A DNA stretch of 64,000 nucleotides, from the NCBI GenBank assembly GCA_965215005.1, contig CBDCCZ010000054.1, forward strand, positions 192,001 through 256,000, written 5' to 3'. This DNA comes from Kofleriaceae bacterium (GTDB lineage: Bacteria > Myxococcota_A > Polyangia > Haliangiales > Haliangiaceae). Of the stretch, positions 33,588 through 44,913 are shown piece by piece (the stretch's first letter is position 1; every line of letters begins with the position of its first letter). Both the position numbers and the translations under genes were made by a program. The notes under the pieces were generated by a model. The model saw only the letters and a program-made list of their open reading frames with translations, was not told where the DNA came from and made no database searches.

Positions 33588-33641
33588 ATTTAGGTTCCAG
33601 TGTCGAAAGACGTGGGAGTTCGAGTCTCCCCTCTCGCGCCA
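33588..33641 (+). pseudogene. 3' half of tRNA-Leu (right attachment site)
   Basis: 26 bp identical to 32133-32158, then a different but fully paired T-stem (GGGAG/CTCCC), CTCTCGC-G-CCA. Confidence 0.9.
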
Positions 33642-33704
33642 GGCGCAGCGATGGTTGGAGAGTTGCGCCATGGCGGCTATGTTCGGGCCGTGTCGGCGGA
33701 TGAT
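33636..33704 (+). repeat. Exact 69-bp direct repeat, copy B (tRNA end, promoter-like segment and first codons of the FdhF-like gene)
   Basis: Identical to 32025-32093. Confidence 0.95.
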
Positions 33705-35982
33705 GAAGCGAAGCTCGAGCGGCCCACGCGAGCGGCAGCCGAGGAAACCGAGCTCGAGCTCGAGCGGCCTGCGCGGGCGGCGGGTGGCCTCGGCGCTATC
33801 GGTGCAACCATGCGCCACTTGCGGCGGGAAACCGGGCTTTGGCGCGGCGGCCGCACGCTGCTTCGCATGAATCAATCCAGCGGTTTTGACTGCCCGGGCT
33901 GCGCGTGGCCAGAGCCCGAGCATCGCGCGGCGTTCGAGTTTTGCGAGAACGGCGCCAAGGCGATTGCCGAGGAAGCCACCCGCAAACGCGCCACCCCGGA
34001 GGTGTTCGCGGCGCATGACGTGCTCGCGCTGCGGTCGCTCAGTGACTTCGAGCTCGGCCAGCTCGGCCGACTCACCGAGCCGCTCGTGTGCAACAGCGGC
34101 GAGCCGCGGCACTATCGCCCAATCAGCTGGGAAGCCGCGTTTGCGCTCATTGGCGACGAGTTGCGCGCCATGCAGTCTCCGGATGAAGCGGTGCTCTATA
34201 CCTCGGGGCGCACCTCGAACGAGGCGGCGTTCTTGTATCAGCTCTTTGGACGCAAGCTCGGAACCAACAACTTCCCCGATTGCTCCAACATGTGTCACGA
34301 GTCGAGCGGCGTCGGGCTCGGCGAGGTGATTGGCGTCGGCAAGGGAACCGTGACGCTCGCAGATTTCGAGCACGCGGATCTCATCTTCGTGATTGGCCAA
34401 AATCCTGGGACCAATCACCCACGCATGCTCTCCACCTTGCGGGAGGCGGCGCGCCGCGGCTGCCACATCATCAGCATCAATCCACTGCGCGAGCCGGGGC
34501 TCGAGCGTTTCACTCACCCGCAAAAGCTTGGCGACATGCTTACCGGCGGCACGCGACTCACCGATGAGCTGTTGCAGGTGCGGGTCGGCGGCGATGTGGC
34601 GCTGCTGGTGGGCATCATGAAAGCCGTCTTCGAAGCCGAGCAAGCAAGTCCGGGAGAGATTCTCGACCACGCCTTCATCGATGAGCACTGCACGGGACTT
34701 GCTGCGCTGCGCGAGGCGATTGTCGCTGAGCCGTGGGAGCGCATCGAAGTCGAGTCGGGGGTGAGCCGCGCCCAGCTCGTCGCCGCGGGGGCGGCGTACG
34801 TGCGCGCTGAGCGCGTTATCGCTTGCTGGGCGATGGAATCACGCAGCACGCCAACGGCGTGGCCAACGTACAGCAGATCGTCAACCTAATGCTGCTCCGC
34901 GGCAATCTCGCCGCCGCGGCGCCGGCCTGTGTCCGGTGCGAGGCCACAGCAATGTGCAGGGCGATCGCACCATGGGCATCCATCACCTGCCATCCGCTGA
35001 GTTTCTCGATCGGCTCGGAGCGCGGTTCAACTTCGAGCCGCCGCGCCAGCACGGAATGGACACCGTCGCCGCTATTTCCGCGATGTACGAAGGTCGCGTG
35101 AAGGTTTTCATCTCGATGGGCGGCAACTTCTATTCCGCAACCCCCGACACCGAAGCCGTCGCCGTGGGTCTTGGCCGCTGTCGCCTCACCGTGCACGTCT
35201 CCACCAAGCTCAACCGAGCGCATCTCTACCCCGGACAGTGCTCGCTGATCTTGCCGTGCCTTGGGCGCACCGAACGCGATGTACAAGCCGGGGGCGAGCA
35301 GTTCGTGACCGTCGAAGACTCCATGAGCATGGTGCATCGCTCGCAAGGCGCGTTGCCTGGGGCCAGTGAGCAGCTGCGCAGCGAGCCGGCCATTGTCGCA
35401 GGCATGGCGGCGGCCGCGTTGGGCGAAGATTGGTCAGAGCTCGCTGGAGATTACGACCGGGTGCGCGACGCCATCGCCGAGGTCGTGCCCGGCTTCGAGC
35501 AGTTCAACGAGCGCGTTAGAAGCGCTGCTGGCTTTCAGCTACCCAATCCCGCGCGCGAGCTCGATTTCACCGCCGTGGGTGGGCGCGCTCGCTTCACCGT
35601 GCACGCCATTCCCAACTTGACGCTGCCGGCCGATCGCTACCGGCTGATGACGTTGCGGAGTCACGACCAGTACAACACCACCATCTATGGGCTCGATGAT
35701 CGCTATCGCGGCGTGTTTGGTGGCCGGCGAGTGATCTTCTTGAATCCAGACGATCTCGAAGCGGCGGGACTGACCGCTCGCCAGCGCGTCGACATCATCA
35801 GCGAATACCACGGCCAGGAGCGACGGGTGCAAGGCTTCGCCGTGGTGCCATATGACCTGCCACGTGGCTGCGCAGGCGCCTATTTCCCCGAGGCAAACCC
35901 GCTGGTGCCGCTCGAGAGCGTTGCCGACAAGAGCGGAACGCCGACGTCCAAGTCAATCATCGTTCGCTTGCAGCCGAGCTGA
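33690..35982 (+). CDS. FdhF/YdeP family molybdopterin oxidoreductase, two frameshifts as sequenced
   Basis: GFDCPGCAWP, EFCENG, YTSGRTSNE, PDCSNMCHE, RGHSNVQG, RSHDQYNTTIYG; a missing G at about 34836 and at about 34910. Confidence 0.9.
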
Positions 35983-36076
35983 GCTTCGGTGGCGGAAGCT
36001 TGGGCGTCGAGGCAACTGCGAATCTACGCACCGCAGGCAACGCTGTGAGTCTCTCTAGGCTCGAACTGATCGAGTG

Positions 36077-37330
36077 TTAGAACTCGATCTTCACGCCCGC
36101 GCTCACCGACTGCGGTCCGATTGCTGGGAGAAATTGAACCGTTGGGCTTTGCGCTCGCTCGCGACTCGCCGACCGCTCGTCACTGCCGCTGTCGCTGGCA
36201 ATGTATCCGCTGTAATAAAAGAACGTCGCTGCGAGCGCACTCACGATCGTGGCACCCGCCAACACCGTCGTGAGCTTGGCGCGGGACTGGCCCTTTTCGC
36301 AGGCATCCACCACCGCGGTAACGCCCGGCGAGGCCGCGAGCCTCTCGGCATCACTGCAAGCATCATCGCCAGAGAGCGTGATGCCTTCATTCCTTTCCAG
36401 CGCGGTGAGGGCGTCGAGTTTGTCATCTTCCAAGCTGCCACGGACCTGCAAACCGGTGATGGTCATCGCCGTCGCACTGGCGCCGGTGGCGACCAGCGAG
36501 GTCCAAAACAGCACCCGAGAGACCCCGCCGGGCCGCTCTCTCGACGTTGCAATCGTCTCACTAACGATGGGTTGCAATCGAACCGCGAGCTCGCGGGTCT
36601 CGCTGCCGCTCACCGCGACATTGCCCTCATGCGCCTCGAAGCCTGCGGACTCGATGCGAATCGCGTGCTGCCCCTCGGCGACTCCTGTGATACGAGCCGA
36701 GCCGGCGCTGAGCGTGGTGGCGACGCGGCCATCGAGGTACACGGTGCCGCGCTCGACATTGGCATGCACGACCACCACGCCTTGCTCGGGAACTCCAGTG
36801 AGACGGTTGTACATCGTGCGTCCCCAGTCGCCGAGATCAGCGCCAATCGGCACGATGTCGGTCGTGGTTCGCTCCATCTCCTCCGTCGTTGCATTCAAGA
36901 GCTTGAGCGACACCTGATAGCCATCGGCCAGTTTTTCGACCTTGCCATAGAGCAGGCGCTCGGCACCGAGCTCGCGGCCGATCTCCGCCATGCAGCCACG
37001 CCCCTCGTCGGCGCAGCTCGACAAGAGCTTCATCTCGAGCAGGTCCTTATCGCTGTTGGGCGCCAGTGCATAGGCGCCGGCCGAGAGCGCTGCTTGCTGG
37101 CGAAGCGCTTCCGTGAGCGATTGTGCAAACGACGTCGCCTGCTCATTGACCTCGCCGCTCTCGTCAATCACCTCCAGGCCCAGCACGGCGATGGCCGGCT
37201 TGGCCTCGGCGGCGCGCGCAAGACTTGCGACCAGCAGCAAACACAGCAGCGACGTCATCGATGCAAGGCCGCGACGGGCGCGCGATACAAAACCGCGACG
37301 GGCGCGGCAGGTGCACGAACGCAGTCTCAT
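36077..37330 (-). CDS. PEGA domain-containing exported protein
   Basis: Signal peptide, C..C.AEIG..LGA N-domain, VYLDG..G.H.IRIE..GF PEGA repeat. Confidence 0.8.
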   Translation of the reverse strand: MRLRSCTCRARRGFVSRARRGLASMTSLLCLLLVASLARAAEAKPAIAVLGLEVIDESGEVNEQATSFAQSLTEALRQQAALSAGAYALAPNSDKDLLEMKLLSSCADEGRGCMAEIGRELGAERLLYGKVEKLADGYQVSLKLLNATTEEMERTTTDIVPIGADLGDWGRTMYNRLTGVPEQGVVVVHANVERGTVYLDGRVATTLSAGSARITGVAEGQHAIRIESAGFEAHEGNVAVSGSETRELAVRLQPIVSETIATSRERPGGVSRVLFWTSLVATGASATAMTITGLQVRGSLEDDKLDALTALERNEGITLSGDDACSDAERLAASPGVTAVVDACEKGQSRAKLTTVLAGATIVSALAATFFYYSGYIASDSGSDERSASRERAQSPTVQFLPAIGPQSVSAGVKIEF

Positions 37331-37585
37331 CGGTAATATGCTCCACCACCGGGGCCAGCGGCGCCTTCGGCCCTGACGACGTGACATGGAGTTCGCCGCT
37401 CCAGAAGCGGCATCGCGCTCTGTTCGAGACGCTTTGTGAGCAGGTCCATCGTCTCTCCAACCACTGCAGAAGTTGGCATTATACACACGTCGAGCGCGGC
37501 ACCGGGCGGCGCGCCCGCTCTCGTTGCGCCACCGTGATCCACGCTTCGGGTCCACTTCGCACGCTGGTGCGCTAGCCTGCTGAGG

Positions 37586-39146
37586 ATGCGGGTTCCCCTC
37601 CTGCGCACATTGTCGGGCCGGATCGTGTTGGGTTTCACGATCTTGGTGGCCACGTTCTGCGCGGTTTCCGTGCTCACGGTCCTCAACATGGAGGTCCTCG
37701 CGCGCGACATCCGCGTGATTCGCAAGGGGTATCTCCAGCTGGCGCTAAAGACCCAGCAGCTCTTGCATCAAGAGCGGCTGTTGCGCACGTACTTGCTCGA
37801 AGAACTCACCGCCGAATCTTCTCCGCGGCGCGTCGAGCACAAGGTGCTCCGCCTCAAGGCGGCGCGCAGCAACACCATGCGCGAGATCGAAGGAGTGCTC
37901 GCGGAGGTGCGAGCGCTGCCGGTATCGTCACCGGCGATGGCCAAGGAGCGCGAGCAGCTCGGCTATCAGCTCGATCGATTGCGCGCCGACATGCTCGCGG
38001 AGGAAGCGCTGTTCAAAGAGCTGCGCCGGCGCCCACCGGTGAAGAAACTCGAGACCACCGCCCCCGCCGATTATCAGCGCGCGATGAGAAAACCTCGAGC
38101 AGCTGCGAGCCGCCGAGGCGCTCATCGAAAGCGTCATCTTCGGCCTCGAGAGACAGCAACGCGAGCGCGTCGAGCACACCGCGAGCACGCTGGAAGACAG
38201 CGGGCGGCGGTTGCGCTTGCTCACCACCTATCTCGGGCTCACGGCCACGGTGCTGGCGCTGATGGTCACCGTGTGGGCGACACTGACCTTGCGGCCGCTG
38301 CGGCGCTTGCGGGCAGCGGCGCGCAACATCGCGCGCGGCGACTATGCCAGCCGGATCGACGAGCGTGGCCCCGACGAGGTCGCCGATCTCGCGCGCGAGT
38401 TCAACATCATGGGCCGCGCCGTGGAAGAGCGCGAGCGCGAGCTGGTGCGGTCGGAACGGCTGGTGGCGGTGGGGAAGATGGCGGCGATGATCACTCACGA
38501 AATTCGCAATCCGCTGTCCTCGATTGGTCTCAACACCGAGCTGCTTGAAGAGGAGCTCACCCAGCTTCCCGCCGACCGAGTAGACGAGGCGCAGTCGCTC
38601 TGCCGCAGCATTCAGACCGAGGTCGATCGACTCACGGCGATCACCGAGGAGTATCTGCAGTTCGCCCGTTTGCCCAAGCCCAAGCTTGCGCTCGAGTCGG
38701 TGCCCGCGATCGTGCGAAGTCTGATCGATTTCGAGCGCGACAATCTCGCCATGCGGGGCGTGAGCGTCACCACGGAGCTCGAGGAGTCAGTTCCGCGGGT
38801 CTTAGTTGATGAGAACCAGCTGCGCCAAGCGCTGCTAAACCTCTTGCGCAATGCCGCTGACGCGCTCGATGAGGTAGGCGGTGGACACGTCCGCATCGCC
38901 GTCCGCCGTGGCGGCGACAGCGTCGAAGTTCTTATCGCCGATGATGGTCCAGGCGTGGGTGAAGAGCTGGTCGCTCAGCTATTTGAACCCTTCTTTTCGA
39001 CCAAAGACGGGGGCACCGGGCTCGGCTTAGCGCTCACGCAGCAAATCAGTCGCGAGCACGGCGGCGACATCAAGGTTGCCTCGCAGCCGGGGCACGGTGC
39101 CAGCTTCGTGCTGTCGTTGCCGGTGCCCAGAGCTGCCAGCGGATGA
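37586..39146 (+). CDS. HAMP sensor histidine kinase, one frameshift as sequenced
   Basis: N-terminal TM, second TM plus HAMP, HEIRNPL, NLLRNA, GTGLGL; extra A in the run at 38089-38092. Confidence 0.88.
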
Positions 39147-39161
39147 TGCCGCGTACGCGCC

Positions 39162-39389
39162 TTACAGGGTGTCGTCGTCTTCGTCGAAGGTGCCCTCGGG
39201 CACGACCGTGTCATCGTCGTCGGCGCCCAGTGGTGGATCGAGAGTGTCGTCGGTGACCGGCCCCTCCGGCGCTTCGTCAGCTGCTTCCATAGCTTCTGAT
39301 TGCGGCTCTTCGGGGGCGTTGGCTTCCTTGGATGAGCCCCCACAAGCAGCGGTTAGCGATGCGATCAGCACGAGAGAGCGAAGCTTCAT
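39162..39389 (-). CDS. Small acidic lipoprotein (75 aa)
   Basis: MKLRSLVLIASLTAACGG lipobox. Confidence 0.75.
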   Translation of the reverse strand: MKLRSLVLIASLTAACGGSSKEANAPEEPQSEAMEAADEAPEGPVTDDTLDPPLGADDDDTVVPEGTFDEDDDTL

Positions 39390-39456
39390 GGGCTGATGGT
39401 TGACGAGCGCGAGGCGCCTTGCAAGGCCACGAGCCAGCTTTAGCGGCGGGAATTCC

Positions 39457-42273
39457 TCAGCGCAACTGCGCTTGCAGCGCGAGGGCCTCGGCGTTGGTGG
39501 GCTCGGCCGCGAGCGCCTTCTCGAGCGCAAGCTTCGCGGCTTTGCGGTCGCCCTTGGCGCTCAGGGCTTTGGCCCGACCCACGTGGGCGAGCGCCGGCCG
39601 GCGCAGCGGCGGCCGCACCATCAGAGCGCTCTCGAAGCTAAACAGCGCCTTATCCGCGACACCGGTCTCGAGATAGGCGCGGCCGAGGTTCATCAAGAGG
39701 TCGCTATCCGAGGGATTGATGAGCACGCTCATTTCCCCGTAAGTGCGCACTTTGCGCCAGTTGTTCTGCTTGGCGTAGGCGGCTACGAGGATGTTTAGCG
39801 GCTCCACTTGCATCTGCTCGAGCATCACATACGTCTCGAGCTCGACGAGGGCCTCGGCGAGCTGTCCACGCTTCTTGTAGAGCTGAAACAGCTCCATATA
39901 TGGATAGCTGCGCTCGGGGTCGAGCGCTTTGGCGGCGCACAGCTGGCGGATGGCTTCGTCGAATTTGCCTTCCGCGCGGGCAATGGTGGCTAGTCGGGCG
40001 CGGACGTCGAAGCTATCGGCGCCGAGCTCGATCATGCGCTGGTAGTGGCGCCGCGCACCAGCCGCATCGCGCTGACGAAATGCCAACTCACCGCTGATAT
40101 AAAGCGCCAGCGGCTGCGTAGAGTCGAGCTTCAGGGCTTTATCGGCGGCTGCTTGTGCGGGCATCGCATCACCATTGAAGAAGTGCCCCAGGGCGAGCGC
40201 TGCGTGCGCGCCGGCATCTTTGGGGCGAGACGCGACCTCGACTTCGAGCTTGGCGATATCGTCATACCCTTCGCTGGGCACGTGGAACGTGCCGCGATAC
40301 GGTGCCAGCCGTTGGGTCAAGTAGGCCTGGAACGCCTGATCAAACTCCTTCACGGTCATTCCGGTCATCGCGGTCAACACCGCTGCCGTGTCTTTGCCTT
40401 GCCCATACAGTCGTAGGCCCGCGATGATTTGGTCGAAGCCGAAGTGATCGGCGATGTACTCGATCGTCACAGCGGATAAGTAGTAGGCCACCATCACCTG
40501 CTGCATGTTCGGTTTGACGAAGAACTCGTTGATGTCGGCCACCGAGGGCAAGCTGCCATCCGCCAATGCCGCGTACAGATCCGCGTCGTTTTCACGGCGC
40601 CACTCGGGACGCGCGATGAGCGTCTCGTACTCACTGAGCCCTTCGGTGAACCAGCGCGGCACCCGTGAGTTCGAGAGTTGCAACGCAAATACGTGCGAGA
40701 GCTCGTGCCACAAGACCATCCCCCAGTTGATGTTGCCGTTGGAAGGGCTCATTGCAGTGACCACTTGCCCAAAGCAGACGCCGAGCGCTCCGAGGTTGGG
40801 AAGACCGACGGTGCGAACACTGTAATGCTCGGGATCGGCGAACAGCTCGAGCACCACGGGGGTTTTAGGCTCGAATCCGTAGCGGGCGACCATCTGCGCA
40901 AAGGCGTCCTCCACGAGCGGCGCGATGTAGCGGTGGAGGATTTCCTGCTCGTCATTGGGATAGCGAAAGCGAAACTTCTTGCCCTCGACGAACCCGTAGT
41001 TCTTGGGAATCGTGTCATCGAACAGGTTCAACACGTTGAACGTGCGCATGTTGTATTGGTCGCCGGCCCAGGACTTCTCGAGCCACGAAAGACCTTCCTT
41101 CTCCCGCCCGAGGCGCAAATAGCCGGTTCCCATCGCCTCCATCGCCTCGAAGTAGTCCGGATCGAGCTGCACGGCCTGCTCTTCGAGAGCGATGGCTTCT
41201 TCGTAGCGGTGCTCGCGTACCGCCGAGCGCGCTACTAGATGATAGAGCGCGGCGTAGTGGGGGTTGATCGCAAACACGCGCTTCTTGGCAGCCTCGTAGC
41301 CGGTGCGGTCATCGCGCAGCCAGTGGATGGTGGCGATGAGGGAGAGCGCCTCGAGGTGCTGCGGATTGATGGCCAAGACCTTCTCGAGCGTCTCATTGGC
41401 GCTGTCCCACTTGTTTTGATCGATCTGTAGGCTCGCGCGGGTGAGCAGCGAAGGGACGTGCTTGGGATTGACCGCCAGCGCTTCATCGAGATGATGAAGC
41501 GCCGCGGCAACGTCATAGCTCGCCTCCAGCTTGGCCAACGCCATGCCGTTGTGAGCGTCGGGGTGATAGCCGTCGCTGCGCAAGACGTCGTCGAAGCTCT
41601 GCGAGGCCATCGCAGGGTTGTACTTGGACAGCGCAAGACTCCCCCATTCGATGTTGGCGCGGTGAAACAGCCGATCGATCGTCACGGCTTCCTCGTACGC
41701 TTGGCTGGCGAGCTGAAAGTGCGAGAGTTGCCGAGCGGCACTGGCCAATCGATAGAGATCTTCGGGCTGATCGAGATCGAGCTGCCCGGCGTCATACGCG
41801 TCGATGGTGAGCTGAAACAGTCGATCGGCATCGGCGTCACGACCGAGCACGCGGTAAACCCGCGCCAGAGCGTGCCGTAGATCGGTGTCGCCCGCTGCCT
41901 TGGTCACCATGGGCTCGAGCAATCGGCGGGCTTCGTCGTAGCGCCCCAATTGCAGCAGCAGGTCAGACAGCGCCACGGCAGCTGCCCGGGCTACCTCTGC
42001 CGTGCTGCTGGTCAAAAGCCCCCGCGCCTCTTTCTCCGCCGCGGCGTACTCGCCCACCCGCGCCAGCACCTCGACGAGTAGTAGCCGCGCCGACTCGCGA
42101 TCTTTGCCGGTCACCGAAGAGAGCTCGCCGCGCGCGTTCTTGTAATCGCCGCGCAGAAGCTTTTTTCGTCCCGTGTCGAGATCGGCTGCTCCTGCGACGG
42201 AGCTGTAGAGGGACAGCGTGGCAGCCACGACCACCAGCGCTTGGCCAACGCCGAAGCGCGAAGGGTTGCTCAT
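39457..42273 (-). CDS. Exported TPR protein with central zincin (peptidase MA-like) domain
   Basis: Many TPR repeats flanking HELSH..PRWFTEGLSEY. Confidence 0.85.
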   Translation of the reverse strand: MSNPSRFGVGQALVVVAATLSLYSSVAGAADLDTGRKKLLRGDYKNARGELSSVTGKDRESARLLLVEVLARVGEYAAAEKEARGLLTSSTAEVARAAAVALSDLLLQLGRYDEARRLLEPMVTKAAGDTDLRHALARVYRVLGRDADADRLFQLTIDAYDAGQLDLDQPEDLYRLASAARQLSHFQLASQAYEEAVTIDRLFHRANIEWGSLALSKYNPAMASQSFDDVLRSDGYHPDAHNGMALAKLEASYDVAAALHHLDEALAVNPKHVPSLLTRASLQIDQNKWDSANETLEKVLAINPQHLEALSLIATIHWLRDDRTGYEAAKKRVFAINPHYAALYHLVARSAVREHRYEEAIALEEQAVQLDPDYFEAMEAMGTGYLRLGREKEGLSWLEKSWAGDQYNMRTFNVLNLFDDTIPKNYGFVEGKKFRFRYPNDEQEILHRYIAPLVEDAFAQMVARYGFEPKTPVVLELFADPEHYSVRTVGLPNLGALGVCFGQVVTAMSPSNGNINWGMVLWHELSHVFALQLSNSRVPRWFTEGLSEYETLIARPEWRRENDADLYAALADGSLPSVADINEFFVKPNMQQVMVAYYLSAVTIEYIADHFGFDQIIAGLRLYGQGKDTAAVLTAMTGMTVKEFDQAFQAYLTQRLAPYRGTFHVPSEGYDDIAKLEVEVASRPKDAGAHAALALGHFFNGDAMPAQAAADKALKLDSTQPLALYISGELAFRQRDAAGARRHYQRMIELGADSFDVRARLATIARAEGKFDEAIRQLCAAKALDPERSYPYMELFQLYKKRGQLAEALVELETYVMLEQMQVEPLNILVAAYAKQNNWRKVRTYGEMSVLINPSDSDLLMNLGRAYLETGVADKALFSFESALMVRPPLRRPALAHVGRAKALSAKGDRKAAKLALEKALAAEPTNAEALALQAQLR

Positions 42274-42371
42274 GTCTCGAATGTGTTCGAGAGCCTACAG
42301 CGTGTCAACGCACACAGGACCTGCGGCCGATTCTGCGACGATGGCCGCGCAGGTGCTACAATCGCCAGGTC

Positions 42372-42890
<519 letters not shown>

Positions 42891-42972
42891 GCGCGAGTCT
42901 AGTCGCCATGGCGGCGCAATTTCCCCTAGTTAGGTACAACTAACGAGAGGGGCCCGCTAGACTCGAGTTGCT

Positions 42973-43770
42973 ATGGCTCGAAAGCGTCTGGGAGAGATAC
43001 TGATGGATGCGGGCGTGCTCGATGAAGCGAGCCTGCGCGCGGCGCTCCTCGAGCAGCGCCGCTGGGGGGGCCAGCTGGGGCGAATTCTGGTCGACATGAG
43101 CCTAATCGACGAGAAGACACTGGTCTCCGCCCTGAGCCATCAGCTCAACTTTCCCGTCGCGGATCTCTCGAAGTTGATCGATCCGCAGGTTCTCGATTTG
43201 GTGCCTGCCGAGCTGGCTGAGCAGAACTCGCTGGTGCCGTTCAATGTGCAGGGCAAGTTCCTCGATGTCGCCATGAGCGACCCGACCAACCTCGGTATCA
43301 TCGATGAGCTGCGCATTCGCACTCAGCTCAACGTTCGTCCCTACTTGGCTGGCCCCAAGGTCATCGAGCATGCCTTGGCCACCTACTACGGGCGCGGCGT
43401 GAGCCTCGATATCGGCATGTCGCGGCCCGGCACGCGGCCTCCAGAGGATGGGGTGCCGGAGCTCGACTTGGAGGCCACGTCACGGCCTGTGGCCGCAGAT
43501 CGGTCGTTCGTTTCGCGGTTGCCCACCTCGCCGCCCATCGAGCGCCAGCCTTCGGCTTCGGCGGCGCGGGCCGCCATGTTCGAGCTCGGACCTGCCGGAG
43601 CCAAGCCCGGTTCGTCGCAGCGAGACGCCGAGATCGCCGCGCTTCAGCAGCGCATCTCGAAGCTGGAGGCGCTGGTGAGTCGCGACGAAGACGTGCTGCG
43701 CAAGATTCTCAGCCTGCTGGTCGAGAAGGGCATTGCGAGCCGCGAGGAGATTCTCGAGCGCATCAAGTAA
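42973..43770 (+). CDS. Stand-alone MshEN / T2SSE_N domain protein (no ATPase domain)
   Basis: [12 protein letters not shown]....L..AL.EQ tandem motif, VAMSDP. Confidence 0.88.
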   Translation: MARKRLGEILMDAGVLDEASLRAALLEQRRWGGQLGRILVDMSLIDEKTLVSALSHQLNFPVADLSKLIDPQVLDLVPAELAEQNSLVPFNVQGKFLDVAMSDPTNLGIIDELRIRTQLNVRPYLAGPKVIEHALATYYGRGVSLDIGMSRPGTRPPEDGVPELDLEATSRPVAADRSFVSRLPTSPPIERQPSASAARAAMFELGPAGAKPGSSQRDAEIAALQQRISKLEALVSRDEDVLRKILSLLVEKGIASREEILERIK

Positions 43771-43791
43771 CCGCGATGGTTAGCGCTGGCG

Positions 43792-44874
43792 TTAGCCAAA
43801 CTGCAGCGAGCGCTCTAGCTCCTCGGGATTGGTCGAGGCATAGAGCGCCGCTTCGACAGCCACGACGCCGGCGTTCACCAGCTCGACGAGGTGCTGATCA
43901 AAGAGCTGCATGCTGTAGAGGTCGCGGCCCTTCTTGATGAGGTCGGCGATTTCTTGGGCGCGTCCGGGCGCGCGGATGCACTCGCGAATCGAGCGCGTCA
44001 CCCGCAGGATTTCAACCGCCGGGATGCGGCCGCGACCATCGACCGAGGTGACGAGGCGAAGGGAGATGACCGCCTGCAGCGCGTCGGCGAGGCGCTCGCG
44101 TACGATATCCTGCGCCTCGCTCTCGAACATCCCGACGTAGCGTTGAATGGTGGAGACCGCATCGGGGGTATGGATCGCGGAGAGCACCATGTGGCCGGTT
44201 TCTGCGGCCTTTAGGCAGGTTGCGGCGGTATCGCGATCGCGGATCTCGCCGACCATGATCACGTCGGGATCCTGGCGCAGCGCGGCGATGAGTGCATCTT
44301 TGAAGCTTTCGGTGTCGGTCCCCACCTCACGCTGAATGATCATGCACTTGCCCGGCTCGAACAGATATTCGATGGGATCTTCGACGGTGATGACATGGGC
44401 ATGGCGGCTCTCATTGATGTAGCGAATGATCGCCGCGATGGTGGTGGACTTGCCATTGCCGGTGGCGCCGGTGACCAGCACCAGGCCGCGGCGGGTATCG
44501 GCGATCTCGGCGATCACCGGCGGCAGGTTGAGCTCCTCGAGACTTTGCACGTCGACGGGAATGAGCCGCATCACGATGCCGACCGCACCGCGTTGCCGGA
44601 AGATCGACGCGCGAAACCGACCCCGGCCGGCGAGCTGATACGACACGTCGATCTCGCCGAAGGGACGCGTGAAGTCGGTTTGAATCGTGCGGTCGGCGAG
44701 GATGTGGCGCGCGATTGCTTCGGTGTCGCCGGCGGTCATCGGAGGCACTTTGATCGCTCCGAGCAGCTCGCCGTTGAGCCGGTAATGCGGCGGGTAGCCA
44801 ACCTCGAAGTGAATGTCAGAAACCCCGCGATCGATGCCGAAGGCGAGGAGCTTATGGAAGCTACGCTGATCCAT
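43792..44874 (-). CDS. pilT: PilT/PilU family retraction ATPase paralog
   Basis: [37 protein letters not shown]. Confidence 0.88.
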   Translation of the reverse strand: MDQRSFHKLLAFGIDRGVSDIHFEVGYPPHYRLNGELLGAIKVPPMTAGDTEAIARHILADRTIQTDFTRPFGEIDVSYQLAGRGRFRASIFRQRGAVGIVMRLIPVDVQSLEELNLPPVIAEIADTRRGLVLVTGATGNGKSTTIAAIIRYINESRHAHVITVEDPIEYLFEPGKCMIIQREVGTDTESFKDALIAALRQDPDVIMVGEIRDRDTAATCLKAAETGHMVLSAIHTPDAVSTIQRYVGMFESEAQDIVRERLADALQAVISLRLVTSVDGRGRIPAVEILRVTRSIRECIRAPGRAQEIADLIKKGRDLYSMQLFDQHLVELVNAGVVAVEAALYASTNPEELERSLQFG

Positions 44875-44913
44875 GGATCGCTCCGGCGAGTCGTGCGGCG
44901 CCTGCGCTTCGCA

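Larger units (their letters stand above)
32183..33641. mobile_element. Decayed integrative islet at tRNA-Leu
   Basis: Bounded by tRNA-Leu and a second copy of its 3' half starting at the anticodon loop; carries an integrase-like relic and one cargo gene. Confidence 0.8.

Noticed and set aside
33210..34688. Long antisense ORFs here and throughout the window
   Set aside because: Shadow frames of real genes in GC-rich DNA, with no recognisable motifs.
33690..35982. Selenocysteine or programmed frameshifting in the FdhF-like gene
   Set aside because: No in-frame TGA at the active site (Cys in NMCHE) and no slippery site; adding single Gs restores the conserved motifs.
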